From assembly GCA_044222395.1 (NCBI GenBank), contig JBGANK010000003.1:54525-118524 (forward strand): 64,000 bases of DNA, given 5' to 3'. Within the stretch, counting starts at the first letter, position 1; each line of letters opens with the position of its first letter. The translations under genes and the position numbers were made by a program. Shown in pieces: positions 1 through 9,810 of this stretch. The notes beneath the pieces were generated by a model. That model was not told the origin of the DNA. It made no database searches and was given only the letters and a program-made list of their open reading frames with translations. This stretch comes from Hyphomicrobiaceae bacterium (GTDB lineage: Bacteria; Pseudomonadota; Alphaproteobacteria; Rhizobiales; Hyphomicrobiaceae).

Positions 1-1110
1 GTCGCTGCTGGGGAGGCCGCACTCGCCGCCGAGCGAGAGGCCGCCCGCAAAGCGGCGTCGGAGGCGGCAGCGGAGATCGCAGCCCTGCGCGGTGCGGCCG
101 AGCAACTTGCCAAAGCAAAAGCCCGCGACAAGAGCGAAACCGAATCGCGCGCTGCAAGTGAGCGCGAGGAAACATCGACCCTGCGTGCTCGCGTGAAGGA
201 TCTGGAAGCGACCTTGGCAGGCGCACAAGAGGAAATTGCAAAAGAGCGCGACACCGCCCGCAAAGCTGCGGACGAGGCTGCCAAAGAAATCGAGGCGCTG
301 CGGATGTGCGCCGACCAGCTCGCGCAGACGCAATCACCAGGGTCAAATGCTGATTCCGAACAGCTACGGCAGCGCGTGCAGGAGCTAGAGGAGGCGCTTG
401 CTCAGGCTGATACGGCCCGCACCAAGGCCGAATCGCAGCGCGACGAGGCCATCAAGGAAGCGAACAAGAGCCGCGCCGGCCAGGCCAAGTCCAGCCAGAA
501 CGAGAAGCTGCGGCAGGTGGTTTCGGGCATCGCCGTCGCCAACAGGGTGGTCAGCCAGCGCGGCATCGAGACGACGCCTTACGACCCGTCCGCCGAGGTT
601 CCGGTCTACGATGCCACGCCAGAGCCCCATGAGGACGAGCCCGAGCTGGAAGTGCCGACTGCGAAGACTGCCGACTTCCAGCTGGTCGATGCGCCAAAGG
701 GGTCCAAGTCCTGGATGTCCGACGCGCCGGCCGAGTCAGAAGAAGATCGCCGCATCTCGTCCAAGGAGCGGCGTGGGCGTGAAAAGCGCGTCACGTCCAA
801 CATGCCTGTTACGCTGTGGCGCGAAGGCATGGGGCACGCGATCTCGTGCAAGCTGATCGACAAATCATCGCGCGGCGCCAAGATCGAGATCAACCCGGAC
901 CGGTTTTTCGACGGCGGCAGCAGACTATCGGTCGGAGACCGTCTGACGTTGACGTTCTACTACGCGCAAGAGCGCACCTCCGTGTTTTGCGACGTCAAGT
1001 GGATCGACGGCAACGTGTGCGGCGTGCAGTACTACGGGCAGTTCCACACCGAGATCAACAAGCCGCGCCAGCCCGTGAAGCGCAAGCCGATCGGCACTCA
1101 GACTTCGTGA
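1..1110 (+). CDS. PilZ-domain protein with long N-terminal coiled coil (5' partial; frame open from nt 1)
   Basis: Frame 1 has no stop from base 1, so the GTG at 193 is probably internal. Ala/Glu/Lys/Arg-rich repeated coiled-coil segments. C-terminal RRxxxR-like ERRGREKR and DxSxxG (DKSSRG) PilZ motifs. Confidence 0.75.
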   Translation, partial: VAAGEAALAAEREAARKAASEAAAEIAALRGAAEQLAKAKARDKSETESRAASEREETSTLRARVKDLEATLAGAQEEIAKERDTARKAADEAAKEIEALRMCADQLAQTQSPGSNADSEQLRQRVQELEEALAQADTARTKAESQRDEAIKEANKSRAGQAKSSQNEKLRQVVSGIAVANRVVSQRGIETTPYDPSAEVPVYDATPEPHEDEPELEVPTAKTADFQLVDAPKGSKSWMSDAPAESEEDRRISSKERRGREKRVTSNMPVTLWREGMGHAISCKLIDKSSRGAKIEINPDRFFDGGSRLSVGDRLTLTFYYAQERTSVFCDVKWIDGNVCGVQYYGQFHTEINKPRQPVKRKPIGTQTS

Positions 1111-1143
1111 GCCGGGCCCGCCTCTCGATGCGCGCGGCATTTT

Positions 1144-2247
1144 TCATTCAAATGCGACGGAATAGACGGGTGGCAAGGTGTGCGACACGCACGCCCAATG
1201 CGCACCTTGATCGTCGCTGACCCACAAGCCGCCTGTGGTGGATCCGAACGCCAGCTGCGTTCCACTTCTGTCGAGCGCCAATGCGTGTCGGTAGACAACG
1301 TCATAGGCGTGCTCTTGCGGCAGGCCATCAGAAAGCACGTCGAACGTCTTGCCGCCATCGCGCGTCACCGATACGCAAAGGCGGCCGCCGACCGGAATGC
1401 GCTTCTCGTCCTTGATCTCCGGAGCGAACCATGCGGTGTCCGGGTCCGACGGGTGCACGACGACACCGAAGCCGAATGCCGAAGGTCGCGCCTGGTCACT
1501 GATCTCCGTGAAATTTCGGCCTGCATCGGATGAGACGAAGATGCCGTTGTGATGCTGAACCCACATGCGCTCTGGCGCGGCAGGGCATTGCGCCAGACGA
1601 TGCACGTCCTGTGCGACTGGAGCATTGGTGTACTCGGGCGGCACGTGATCGGCGCGCATGCCTTCGCCGCGCTGCTCCCACGTCTCGCCTCCGTCCGTCG
1701 TGTGCCAGAGACCGCCGGTCGATACCGCAATCGTCACATGCTTGGAGTTTCGCGGATCAACACAGATGGAATGGATACCAGGCAGGTCGGCGCCGCCGCC
1801 CATCCATTTCGAGCGGAGCGGGTGATCCCAAAGCGATCGGATGAATTGCCAGGATTCGCCGTTGTCCTTTGATTTGAAGAGACCGCCCGGCAAGGTGCCG
1901 CACCACAACACACCCGGTTCATCGGCGCCGCCAGATTCCAGCGCCCAAATGCGCACGGTCGACCATGGCAGCGGCCGGCCCCACATGTCGAACTCCTCGT
2001 GGCCCTCCGGCTTCTCAGGATAGGCGGGTGTTGCTATCTCCTCCCAGCCGTCACCTTTGGAACGATGCACCTTGACGCCGAAATGACCGTGATCGAGAGC
2101 GGCGTAGCAGCGGCCGTCGCGCGGATCGGTGAGCGTGAGAGAGATGTTGTCGCCAAGGAATTCCGCCTTCGAGATCTTCCAGCCGGCGGCACCGCGTTCG
2201 ACCGTGAATAGTCCTTTTCGAGTTCCAACACGAAGGCGGTCGCTCAT
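1144..2247 (-). CDS. BNR/Asp-box repeat beta-propeller protein (sialidase-like fold)
   Basis: 367-aa ORF with high GC3. Five Asp-box-like repeats: SKDNGESW, TTDGGETW, SSDAGRNF, TRDGGKTF, SDDQGAHW. Confidence 0.8.
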   Translation of the reverse strand: MSDRLRVGTRKGLFTVERGAAGWKISKAEFLGDNISLTLTDPRDGRCYAALDHGHFGVKVHRSKGDGWEEIATPAYPEKPEGHEEFDMWGRPLPWSTVRIWALESGGADEPGVLWCGTLPGGLFKSKDNGESWQFIRSLWDHPLRSKWMGGGADLPGIHSICVDPRNSKHVTIAVSTGGLWHTTDGGETWEQRGEGMRADHVPPEYTNAPVAQDVHRLAQCPAAPERMWVQHHNGIFVSSDAGRNFTEISDQARPSAFGFGVVVHPSDPDTAWFAPEIKDEKRIPVGGRLCVSVTRDGGKTFDVLSDGLPQEHAYDVVYRHALALDRSGTQLAFGSTTGGLWVSDDQGAHWACVSHTLPPVYSVAFE

Positions 2248-2277
2248 GGAATCACTCCCGTTGCTGTGGCGCCTCGT

Positions 2278-2547
2278 TCAACCGCCCGAGAGCGCCTGGA
2301 ACACATAGATCGAACTGATGTCATGGACCGTATCGCTCAAGCCGACCCGGTCGCGGATTGCTTCGCCATCGACGAAGATGATCATGTGACGCCGCAGAGC
2401 CTGCTGGTCGTCCAGCACATAGTGGCGCGCGCGCGGATTGTCGGCGAAGACGTGATCGAGCACCTCGCGCACGGTCTTGCCGGGCGCATCAGAGGGTGGG
2501 CATGCGACATGGCGCTGGATATTTTGTGTGAAGGTCACCTTCGCCAT
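2278..2547 (-). CDS. MoaD/ThiS-family (ubiquitin-like beta-grasp) protein ending in Gly-Gly
   Basis: 89-aa ORF, 30 nt upstream of the propeller gene on the same strand. C-terminus is ...FQALSGG-stop, as in sulfur-carrier proteins. Confidence 0.7.
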   Translation of the reverse strand: MAKVTFTQNIQRHVACPPSDAPGKTVREVLDHVFADNPRARHYVLDDQQALRRHMIIFVDGEAIRDRVGLSDTVHDISSIYVFQALSGG

Positions 2548-2719
2548 CGCGTTTCAAACCTAGTGGAAGCTAACGGCCGTCACTCGACTTGATTTGCCGG
2601 AGCGGACCTCGATTTCCATGCGTGCCGTGCTGCAGTGGTCCGATAGCGCCTCAAAGCCAACGTAACTTGACACGAACGTTGATGTCAACCTAACGTGCGG
2701 CCGTGGGCGGAACGAGACT

Positions 2720-3160
2720 ATGCAGGACGAGTTTCCATTCGAGACAACGCATGAGGTGCGCGACCGCTGCCTGTGTCTGCACGTGCAGCGGGCAGCGCGC
2801 GTGATCGGGCGACGATTCGACGACGCTTTGCGGCCATTGGGGCTGACTAACGGCCAATTCTCACTGTTGATGTCGCTCCATCGACCCGAGCCGCCGCGCA
2901 TCAGCGATGTGGCGCCACTGCTCGCCATGGACCGGACGACGCTGACGGCCAATCTCAAGCCGCTGGAGCGGCGCGGGCTGCTTAAAGTCCGGATCGACAA
3001 GGACGACGGACGTAGCCGGAGGCTGCATTTGACGGCGAAAGGGCGCAAGCTTCTTGTAGAAGCTGTGCCGGTGTGGAGAGCGACGCACGACGCGGTGGAC
3101 AGGCAGCTTGCCAAGGACGGCCCAGACAAATTGCGCGCCGGGCTGCTGGCGCTGCGCTGA
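2720..3160 (+). CDS. MarR-family transcriptional regulator
   Basis: 146 aa with a winged-helix MarR-like core (LGLTNGQFSLLMSL...MDRTTLTANLKPLERRGLL). Divergent from the MoaD-like/BNR pair. Confidence 0.85.
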   Translation: MQDEFPFETTHEVRDRCLCLHVQRAARVIGRRFDDALRPLGLTNGQFSLLMSLHRPEPPRISDVAPLLAMDRTTLTANLKPLERRGLLKVRIDKDDGRSRRLHLTAKGRKLLVEAVPVWRATHDAVDRQLAKDGPDKLRAGLLALR

Positions 3161-3215
3161 GCGATACCCAATTGCACAACGGGTTGCACGACGGGCCCGA
3201 GCCCGCCTGTGGCGA

Positions 3216-3674
3216 TTACTTCTTGAGTTCTGCCGGTACGATTCCGCCGTTCTCCGCCAGCTTCAGCATCACCTGCTTGTGCAGCCAGACGTTCATGGCG
3301 GAGGAATCTTTCATATTACCGTCGTACTTGAGTTCCTGGGCCAGCTGCTTGCGCGCCTTGAGACTGCTGTCGAGCTTGAGAATCTTCATCAGGTCGACGA
3401 TCGACTTGCGCCAGTCGATATCATCTTCGTCGCTTTGCTCCTCGAGTTTGTCGAGGACAGCCGCCACGTCGACCTTGGACATGGCCGACTTGGCGCTGGC
3501 CGCGGGAGTGCTCGCAGGCGGCGAAGACGGTGTGGATGAAGGAGCGGTTGAAGGAGCGGATGCTGATGGCGATGCGGGAGAGGCTGGAGCGGCGCCAGCG
3601 GGTTCCGGCTTGATCTCGTCGGCCTGCGCGGCCGAACCGAAGATGGCGTCCTTGATGGCGCTGAAAATACTCAT
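3216..3674 (-). CDS. DUF3597-like protein
   Basis: 152 aa. N-terminal MSIFSAIKDAIFG, then a Pro/Ala linker, then a conserved C-terminal DWRKSIVDLMKILKLDSSLKARKQLAQELKY...NVWLHKQVM block recalled as DUF3597. Confidence 0.75.
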   Translation of the reverse strand: MSIFSAIKDAIFGSAAQADEIKPEPAGAAPASPASPSASAPSTAPSSTPSSPPASTPAASAKSAMSKVDVAAVLDKLEEQSDEDDIDWRKSIVDLMKILKLDSSLKARKQLAQELKYDGNMKDSSAMNVWLHKQVMLKLAENGGIVPAELKK

Positions 3675-4102
3675 TTTCGATCCTCCTCAGTCTATCCGGC
3701 GCCCGCTGAGCGAGAAAGCCAGGGTGATTCGACCTCATATCTGACGCGAGGTGGTGGCCGTTTCAGGGCCGGATTTTCTACCAAATTGCGGAGCGGTGGC
3801 GCGCAAATGCAGCCGATCGGGTTATCAACGACGGATGCCCAGCGTCTTCCGCTTAGTTCAAGCCTTTGTTATCGCTTAATAATATAGCCTCCACAACGCG
3901 CTGGCACGAACTATCGAATTTCAACACCATTTTCGACGATCAAGCGGGACATATCGCTATTCAGCGATGTTCATTTGTTTGGCGATTGCGTCGAGCGAAA
4001 TCGCAGCGGCGCCGATCGACTGATCGGTGAAGTCAATTTTTCGCCGACAGTGGATTCAACCGACAATTCGGCGTGTCGTCCAGAAAGCTGGAATTACACG
4101 CC

Positions 4103-4570
4103 ATGACCTCCGCACCATCGCTAGTGCCACTCATTCGCACGGTAGCCGACGATGACCTGCCGGCGCTGCTCGACTTGTATGAGCAGGCGGGTCTGGGGCA
4201 AGGCGCGCACATGGACCTCGCGCGTGCCCAATCGCTGCTTGCACGCATCCGGGCTTATCCTGACTATCGCATCTTCGTGACAACTGAGGGCAACAGAGCA
4301 CCGATCGGCACCTATGCGCTGCTCATCATGGACAACATTGCGCACGACGGACGTCCGCTCGCTGTGGTCGAGCAGGTGGTCGTGTCGCGCGAGCGCCGAG
4401 GCAACGGCATCGGCAGCCACATGATGCGCCACGCAATGGAGGAAGCGCGCCGGGCCGGATGCTACAAGCTGCAACTGTCGTCGCACACGCGCTTCGAGCG
4501 CGCGCACGCCTTCTATGACAAGCTCGGCTTCACTCGTCACGGCTACAGCTTCTACGTCGATCTTGGATGA
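4103..4570 (+). CDS. GNAT-family N-acetyltransferase
   Basis: Acetyl-CoA motif region VVVSRERRGNGIGSHMMRHAMEEARRAGCYKLQL. ATG at 4103 preferred over GTG at 4073; the start is uncertain. Confidence 0.8.
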   Translation: MTSAPSLVPLIRTVADDDLPALLDLYEQAGLGQGAHMDLARAQSLLARIRAYPDYRIFVTTEGNRAPIGTYALLIMDNIAHDGRPLAVVEQVVVSRERRGNGIGSHMMRHAMEEARRAGCYKLQLSSHTRFERAHAFYDKLGFTRHGYSFYVDLG

Positions 4571-4608
4571 TGCGCGCGGCCTTGACAGCCGTACAGCGGC
4601 AATCTCGA

Positions 4609-6819
4609 TCACAGGAAGCTGTAGGGGTCGATGTCGATCGACAGCCTCAGATCGCCTTTGATCGGCGGAACTGCTTCCATCCAGGCGCGGATATAGCCCT
4701 GGATGTCCAACTCGCGTGCGGCCTTGACCAGCAACCGCCAGCGATGACGGCCGCGAATGATGGCGATCGGCGCCTCGGCCGGACCCAGCACCTGGATCTT
4801 TTCTGAAAACGGCGCGCGGCGAGCTATGTCGCGAGCGACGCTCTCGGCCAGGCTCTTGTCGCGGGCGGAGACGATGAGCGCCGCCAATCGTCCGTAAGGC
4901 GGCAGCAGACCGCGCTGGCGGATGCGGATCTCCTGCTCGAGGAATGCATCGCGATCGCCGGAGATGATGGCCTGCATGACGGGATGATCGGGATTGTAGG
5001 TCTGCACCAAACCGCGGCCACCGGCGAAGGCACGGCCGGCGCGCCCCGTCACCTGATGCAGAAGCTGGAACGTGCGCTCGCCAGCGCGCGGATCAGCGCC
5101 TTGCGCGAGACCGAGGTCGCCATCGACGACGCCGACAAGGGCGAGATCGGGGAAGTGATGGCCCTTGGCGACGATTTGCGTGCCAATGATGATGTCGGCC
5201 TCGCGGTTCTCGATGCGCTTGATGATGTCGCGCATCTCGACAAGGCCCGGAATGAGGTCGGAGGACAGGAGCACGACACGCGCAGCAGGAAATCGCTCGG
5301 CCACTTCCTCCGCAACGCGCTCGACGCCAGGTCCGCAGGCGACAAGCCCGCCTTCCTCACCGCACTTTGAACATTTCTCCGGTACCGGTAACGAGAAGCC
5401 GCAATGGTGGCAGTGCAGCCGCTTGCGGAAGCGATGCTCGACGAGCCAGGCGGTGCACTGCGGGCATTCGATGCGATGGCCGCAGGCGCGGCACAGCGTC
5501 AACGGCGCGTAACCGCGACGGTTGAGGAACAAGAGTGACTGCCGGCTTTTTTCCAACGTCTCCGTCATCGCCTCGACGAGGCGCGGCGCCAGCCAGCGAC
5601 CCTTGTCGGGCTGCTCGATGCGCAGGTCGATGCCAGTGACTTCGGGAAGCTCGGTGCCCGAATAGCGGCCGGGCAGGACGACATGGCGATAGCGTCCGGT
5701 GCGGGCGTTGACGTGGCTTTCGATCGACGGCGTGGCGGAGGCAAGAACGACCGGGAAGTTCCCGATCGAGCCGCGCACCACGGCCATATCGCGCGCCTGG
5801 TAGTGTACGCGGTCATCCTGCTTGAACGACGCGTCGTGCTCCTCATCGACGATAACGAGGCCGAGATCGGGATAGGGCAGGAAGAGCGCCGAGCGGGCGC
5901 CGACGACGACGCGCGCTTCGCCACGCGCAACCCATTTCCAGATGCGTCCGCGGTCGGCCGAGGTGAGAGCCGAGTGCCACTCGACAGGCGCGCCGCCAAA
6001 ACGCGCTTCGAAGCGGCCCATGAACTGGCTGGTCAGCGCGATCTCGGGCAGCATGATGAGCGCCTGTTTGCCCTGCTCCAGGGTGCGCGCGACGGCCTCG
6101 AAATAGACTTCCGTCTTGCCCGATCCAGTGACGCCATCGAGCAGCGTGACCGAGAAATTCTCCGCATCAACGACACTCGTCATTGCCATGGCGGCAGCGG
6201 CCTGCGCGTCATTGAAGGCGATGTCCTTGTGGCGCGGATCCAGGTGCGCGGGTTTGCGCTCGGGGATCGCCACGTCGACTAGATTGCCCGAGGCGACTAG
6301 GCCGTCGACGACGCCGGTCGAGCAGCCGGCCGATTCGGCGAGCGCCGACTTGACGCGGATGAGCCCATCGCAGGCGATGTCCAGCACGCGCTGGCGCGCC
6401 GGCGTCATGCGCGGTGGATCCGCGGCCTCGGCGACATAACGCACGCCGTAGCGCGGCTTGTCAGGCTCGAAAACGGATTGCGCGCTCATCATCATGCGCA
6501 CCACCATGCCGAGCGGGCTCAACGTATAGCGCGCGATCCATTCGGCAAAGCGCAACGAGATCTGCGGCAGCGGAGGAACGGCTAGAAGGTGGTCGATTGC
6601 TTTGATCTTCTTGGCTTCGACCGGCTTCTGTTCCCCCAGCGGCCGATCCCAGACCACGCCGATGCGCCGCTGCGGACCGAACGGGACCACCACGAACGCG
6701 CCTGGTTCAATTGGTGGAATGTCATCGCCTTCGGGCAGGCGATAGTCGTAGGTCTGGTCGAGGGCGACGGGCAGCACCACGGGCACCAGCGCCGCTTCTG
6801 GTGGCTGTTGGTCACCCAT
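4609..6819 (-). CDS. priA: primosomal protein N' (replication restart helicase PriA)
   Basis: Walker A GVTGSGKTE, DEEH box (VIVDEEHD), Cys-rich zinc region CRACGHRIECPQC...CHHCG...CSKCG. ATG at 6819 preferred to TTG at 6873. Confidence 0.93.
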   Translation of the reverse strand: MGDQQPPEAALVPVVLPVALDQTYDYRLPEGDDIPPIEPGAFVVVPFGPQRRIGVVWDRPLGEQKPVEAKKIKAIDHLLAVPPLPQISLRFAEWIARYTLSPLGMVVRMMMSAQSVFEPDKPRYGVRYVAEAADPPRMTPARQRVLDIACDGLIRVKSALAESAGCSTGVVDGLVASGNLVDVAIPERKPAHLDPRHKDIAFNDAQAAAAMAMTSVVDAENFSVTLLDGVTGSGKTEVYFEAVARTLEQGKQALIMLPEIALTSQFMGRFEARFGGAPVEWHSALTSADRGRIWKWVARGEARVVVGARSALFLPYPDLGLVIVDEEHDASFKQDDRVHYQARDMAVVRGSIGNFPVVLASATPSIESHVNARTGRYRHVVLPGRYSGTELPEVTGIDLRIEQPDKGRWLAPRLVEAMTETLEKSRQSLLFLNRRGYAPLTLCRACGHRIECPQCTAWLVEHRFRKRLHCHHCGFSLPVPEKCSKCGEEGGLVACGPGVERVAEEVAERFPAARVVLLSSDLIPGLVEMRDIIKRIENREADIIIGTQIVAKGHHFPDLALVGVVDGDLGLAQGADPRAGERTFQLLHQVTGRAGRAFAGGRGLVQTYNPDHPVMQAIISGDRDAFLEQEIRIRQRGLLPPYGRLAALIVSARDKSLAESVARDIARRAPFSEKIQVLGPAEAPIAIIRGRHRWRLLVKAARELDIQGYIRAWMEAVPPIKGDLRLSIDIDPYSFL

Positions 6820-7206
6820 TTGATCGCGAAGACTTTCCAATGGCCCTGCCTGGTGACTAAAAGCCAGATTCAACGGATCGCGGCGAGCGAAGAGGCATTC
6901 CTGCTATCGCGGCAGGGCGAACGCGAGGCAAGGCGCGTGTCGAGATCAGCGTGTTCGGCGATGTCGCCGACGCGGTCGAATTGGACCTACTCATGACAGC
7001 GGCCCGCGGGCGCCAAATATCGTCACGATATGGTCATCCAGCTGCAGCTGACGATAGCTAGGACTAGAACCGCGCGATAGATTGACTTTCGAGGATGCGC
7101 TCGTCAACGTCGCCTTGAGGTTTTCGACCGCCGATGAGCTGTTGGTCGCGGACAGCGATGACACATTGCGCCGTGTCGGCTAGAGGATGGTGTATCACAA
7201 CACAGC

Positions 7207-7629
7207 ATGAGGCATTGCGTGAACGGCCGGTTTCGCTTTCCGGCGCAAGGAGTGGAGGTCGATCCGGCGTTCGTGGCGATGCTGGCGAACCTCGAGCGCG
7301 AATCGATCCAGCTCGATAGCCGCTACCGGGTGGCCGGAACGCAGATCCGGTTCGGGCTCGACCCGATCATCGGAATCGTGCCCTTCGTAGGCGACATTGC
7401 CGGAGCGATGTGGAGTTTGCGCCTCGTCGACATGGCGCGGAAACTTGGTGCCGAGCCGCCGCTGGTGCGCAAGATGCTGTGGAATGTCGCGATTGATTTC
7501 ATTGTCGGGCTGGTGCCCTTCATCGGACCAATCGCGGATACATTCTACCGATGCAACATGCGCAACTTGGCGCTGCTGCTGGAGGCCGTGGAACTGAACC
7601 GGTCGTCAGTTGCCGTGGCGGAGAATTGA
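7207..7629 (+). CDS. DUF4112-like membrane protein
   Basis: 140 aa. FGLDPIIGIVPFVGDIAG...DFIVGLVPFIGPIADTFYRCNMRN signature recalled for DUF4112. Confidence 0.7.
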   Translation: MRHCVNGRFRFPAQGVEVDPAFVAMLANLERESIQLDSRYRVAGTQIRFGLDPIIGIVPFVGDIAGAMWSLRLVDMARKLGAEPPLVRKMLWNVAIDFIVGLVPFIGPIADTFYRCNMRNLALLLEAVELNRSSVAVAEN

Positions 7630-7869
7630 CTTCGTAGGTTGGCTCGGCATCGCGGCAAAGGGCGGCTCGCAGCGAAGACGGGTGCATTTCACAAAGCTCG
7701 CCCTGCGAATGAAATGGGGTTCCGCGGGATCTACTTGCTCGCGCCACATCCAGCCTAGAGCTTGTTCGCATCTGATAAAATCGCGAACGAGCTCTATCCA
7801 CTTGCTTTGAGTATGTTTTTCTCGGCTCGACCGCTTTCACTTCAGCTAAACATGCTCTAAGCGTTGCCC

Positions 7870-8406
7870 ATGTCAAAATGGATTCAACACATCATCATCG
7901 ATGTGGAGTCGGACGGGCCGTGCCCCGGGCTCTACAATATGATCTCGTTCGGCCTCGTCTCGGTGGCCGATCCTTCGCGCGGCTTTCTCGGCGAGGTTGC
8001 TCCCGTCGTCAACAACGGTGGCATTCCGCAAGCGCGCCAGGTGAGCGGCGTCAGCTTCGAGGCGCAGCAGGCCTTCGCCTCGCCTGAAGCCGTCATGACG
8101 GCCGCGCGGCAATGGCTCGAAGCGCTGACGGGCGGCAAGCGGCCGATCTTCTGGTCCGACAATCCGGCTTTCGACTGGCAGTTCTGGAACTGGTACTGCC
8201 ACAAGTTCCTTGGCGACAATCCGGCAGGCTTCAGCGCGCGGCGTATCGGCGACCTCGACGCGGGGCGTCGCGGCGAGCCGCTCAACACGAATGGCTGGAA
8301 GAAGCGGCGTGAGACACCTCACACACACAACCCGCTCGATGATGCGCGCGGCAATGCCGAGGCGCTGCGCTGGATTCTCGGCCAGATGGGAATTGATCCA
8401 AGCTGA
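7870..8406 (+). CDS. DEDDh-type 3'-5' exonuclease-like protein
   Basis: Exo motifs IIIDVESDG, WSDNPAFDW and HNPLDDARGNAEAL. ATG at 7870 preferred to TTG at 7864. Confidence 0.7.
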   Translation: MSKWIQHIIIDVESDGPCPGLYNMISFGLVSVADPSRGFLGEVAPVVNNGGIPQARQVSGVSFEAQQAFASPEAVMTAARQWLEALTGGKRPIFWSDNPAFDWQFWNWYCHKFLGDNPAGFSARRIGDLDAGRRGEPLNTNGWKKRRETPHTHNPLDDARGNAEALRWILGQMGIDPS

Positions 8407-8676
8407 TTGTCTCGGCGTTGCTTGTGAATGTGCATTCATTGCGCTTGGCGCGCGATTTCCATCGTCGTGGCGGGTGACGATGGCCGAATTCAATCCGACA
8501 ATTCCCAAGATGCATATCCAACGCCGTATTGGGCCGACGGCAGCAACACGAGTGGTACCGCCAGTGCCGAAGTCCTCCTGCGATGCTGATGACTGCGGCC
8601 CGCCATTGGGGTAAGCTTTCTTCAACCATGTTGACGCGTCATGGAATGCCCTCGATCAGAGCAGGATTCAGGACGC

Positions 8677-9693
8677 ATGCCACCAGCCGCTCGCTACCGC
8701 ACCACGACCGGTGGCCATGGCACATCCGATCTATCGGGCCTCGATCTCGGCGCCGATCTCGCCGCCGCTGCGCAAGCGTGGCTCGACCACCTCGCCAACG
8801 CGCGCGGCTATACGCGCGAGACGCTCAACGCCTACGAGCGGGACTTGCGGCAGTTCGTTTCCTTCCTCGCCATGCATCTCGACTATGCGCCCTGCGTTGC
8901 CGACCTCAAACGCGTCGATGCCAAGACTGTGCGCGCCTTTCTCTCGGCCCGACGCAAGCAAGGTGCCGTGAGCCGGTCGTTGTCGCGTTCGCTTTCGGCG
9001 CTGCGCACGTTTTTCCGCTGGCTTGAAACCGAAGGCAAGGTGCGCAACCGCGCCCTGCAGCAGGTCTTGCTGCCAAAAGTCGCGCGTTCGGTGCCAAAAC
9101 CGCTGACCGTCGCCAACGCCCAGCGCGTGGTCGAAGGTGAGATGGCCGCGGAGGACACCGCAGACTGGATCGCCCAGCGCGACATTGCCGTGCTGCTGTT
9201 GCTCTACGGCGCGGGCCTGCGCATCTCGGAAGCGCTCGGGCTCACCGCCGCCGATGCGCCGACCGGCGGGCGCGATACCGTCATCATCACCGGCAAGGGC
9301 GGCAAGGAGCGGATGGTGCCGATCCTGCCGGTGACCCAGAAGGCGATCGCTCGATATATCGAATTGTGCCCGTATCCGATCGCCGGCTCCGATCCACTGT
9401 TCGTCGGCGCGAAAGGCGGGCCGCTGTCGCCGCGTATCATCCAGCTTGCCATGCAGCGCCTGCGCGCCGCGCTCGGCCTGCCCGATTCGGCCACGCCGCA
9501 CGCTCTGCGGCATTCCTTCGCCACGCATCTGCTGGCGTCGGGCGCCGACCTGCGCCAGATCCAGGAGCTGCTGGGACATGCCTCGCTGTCGACCACCCAG
9601 GTCTACACCGCCGTCGACCGCGAGCGGCTGCTCAGCGTCTATGACGCCGCCCACCCACGCCAGGTTGGCAAACCCGAGCAAAACGAGAATTAA
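8677..9693 (+). CDS. xerC: tyrosine recombinase XerC/XerD family
   Basis: Catalytic region GLRISEAL...ALRHSFATHLL...LLGHASLSTTQVYT (R-H-R-Y). Start is ambiguous between 8641 and 8677. Confidence 0.88.
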   Translation: MPPAARYRTTTGGHGTSDLSGLDLGADLAAAAQAWLDHLANARGYTRETLNAYERDLRQFVSFLAMHLDYAPCVADLKRVDAKTVRAFLSARRKQGAVSRSLSRSLSALRTFFRWLETEGKVRNRALQQVLLPKVARSVPKPLTVANAQRVVEGEMAAEDTADWIAQRDIAVLLLLYGAGLRISEALGLTAADAPTGGRDTVIITGKGGKERMVPILPVTQKAIARYIELCPYPIAGSDPLFVGAKGGPLSPRIIQLAMQRLRAALGLPDSATPHALRHSFATHLLASGADLRQIQELLGHASLSTTQVYTAVDRERLLSVYDAAHPRQVGKPEQNEN

Positions 9694-9810
9694 CTCTTTT
9701 CACACATAACACGTCGTTTTACGCTGTTGATTAGAGACGCTTAGGCTGTCCGAATCACAATCAATCATTATTGAGGGATATTCGGGTCTCGGTTGTCGAG
9801 GAACGCATTC

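Noticed and set aside
8641-9693. XerC-type recombinase, considered as a marker of an integrated mobile element
   Set aside because: No flanking direct repeats, tRNA target, excisionase or cargo genes are present. The sequence and context (housekeeping neighbours, native codon usage) fit the chromosomal dimer-resolution recombinase.
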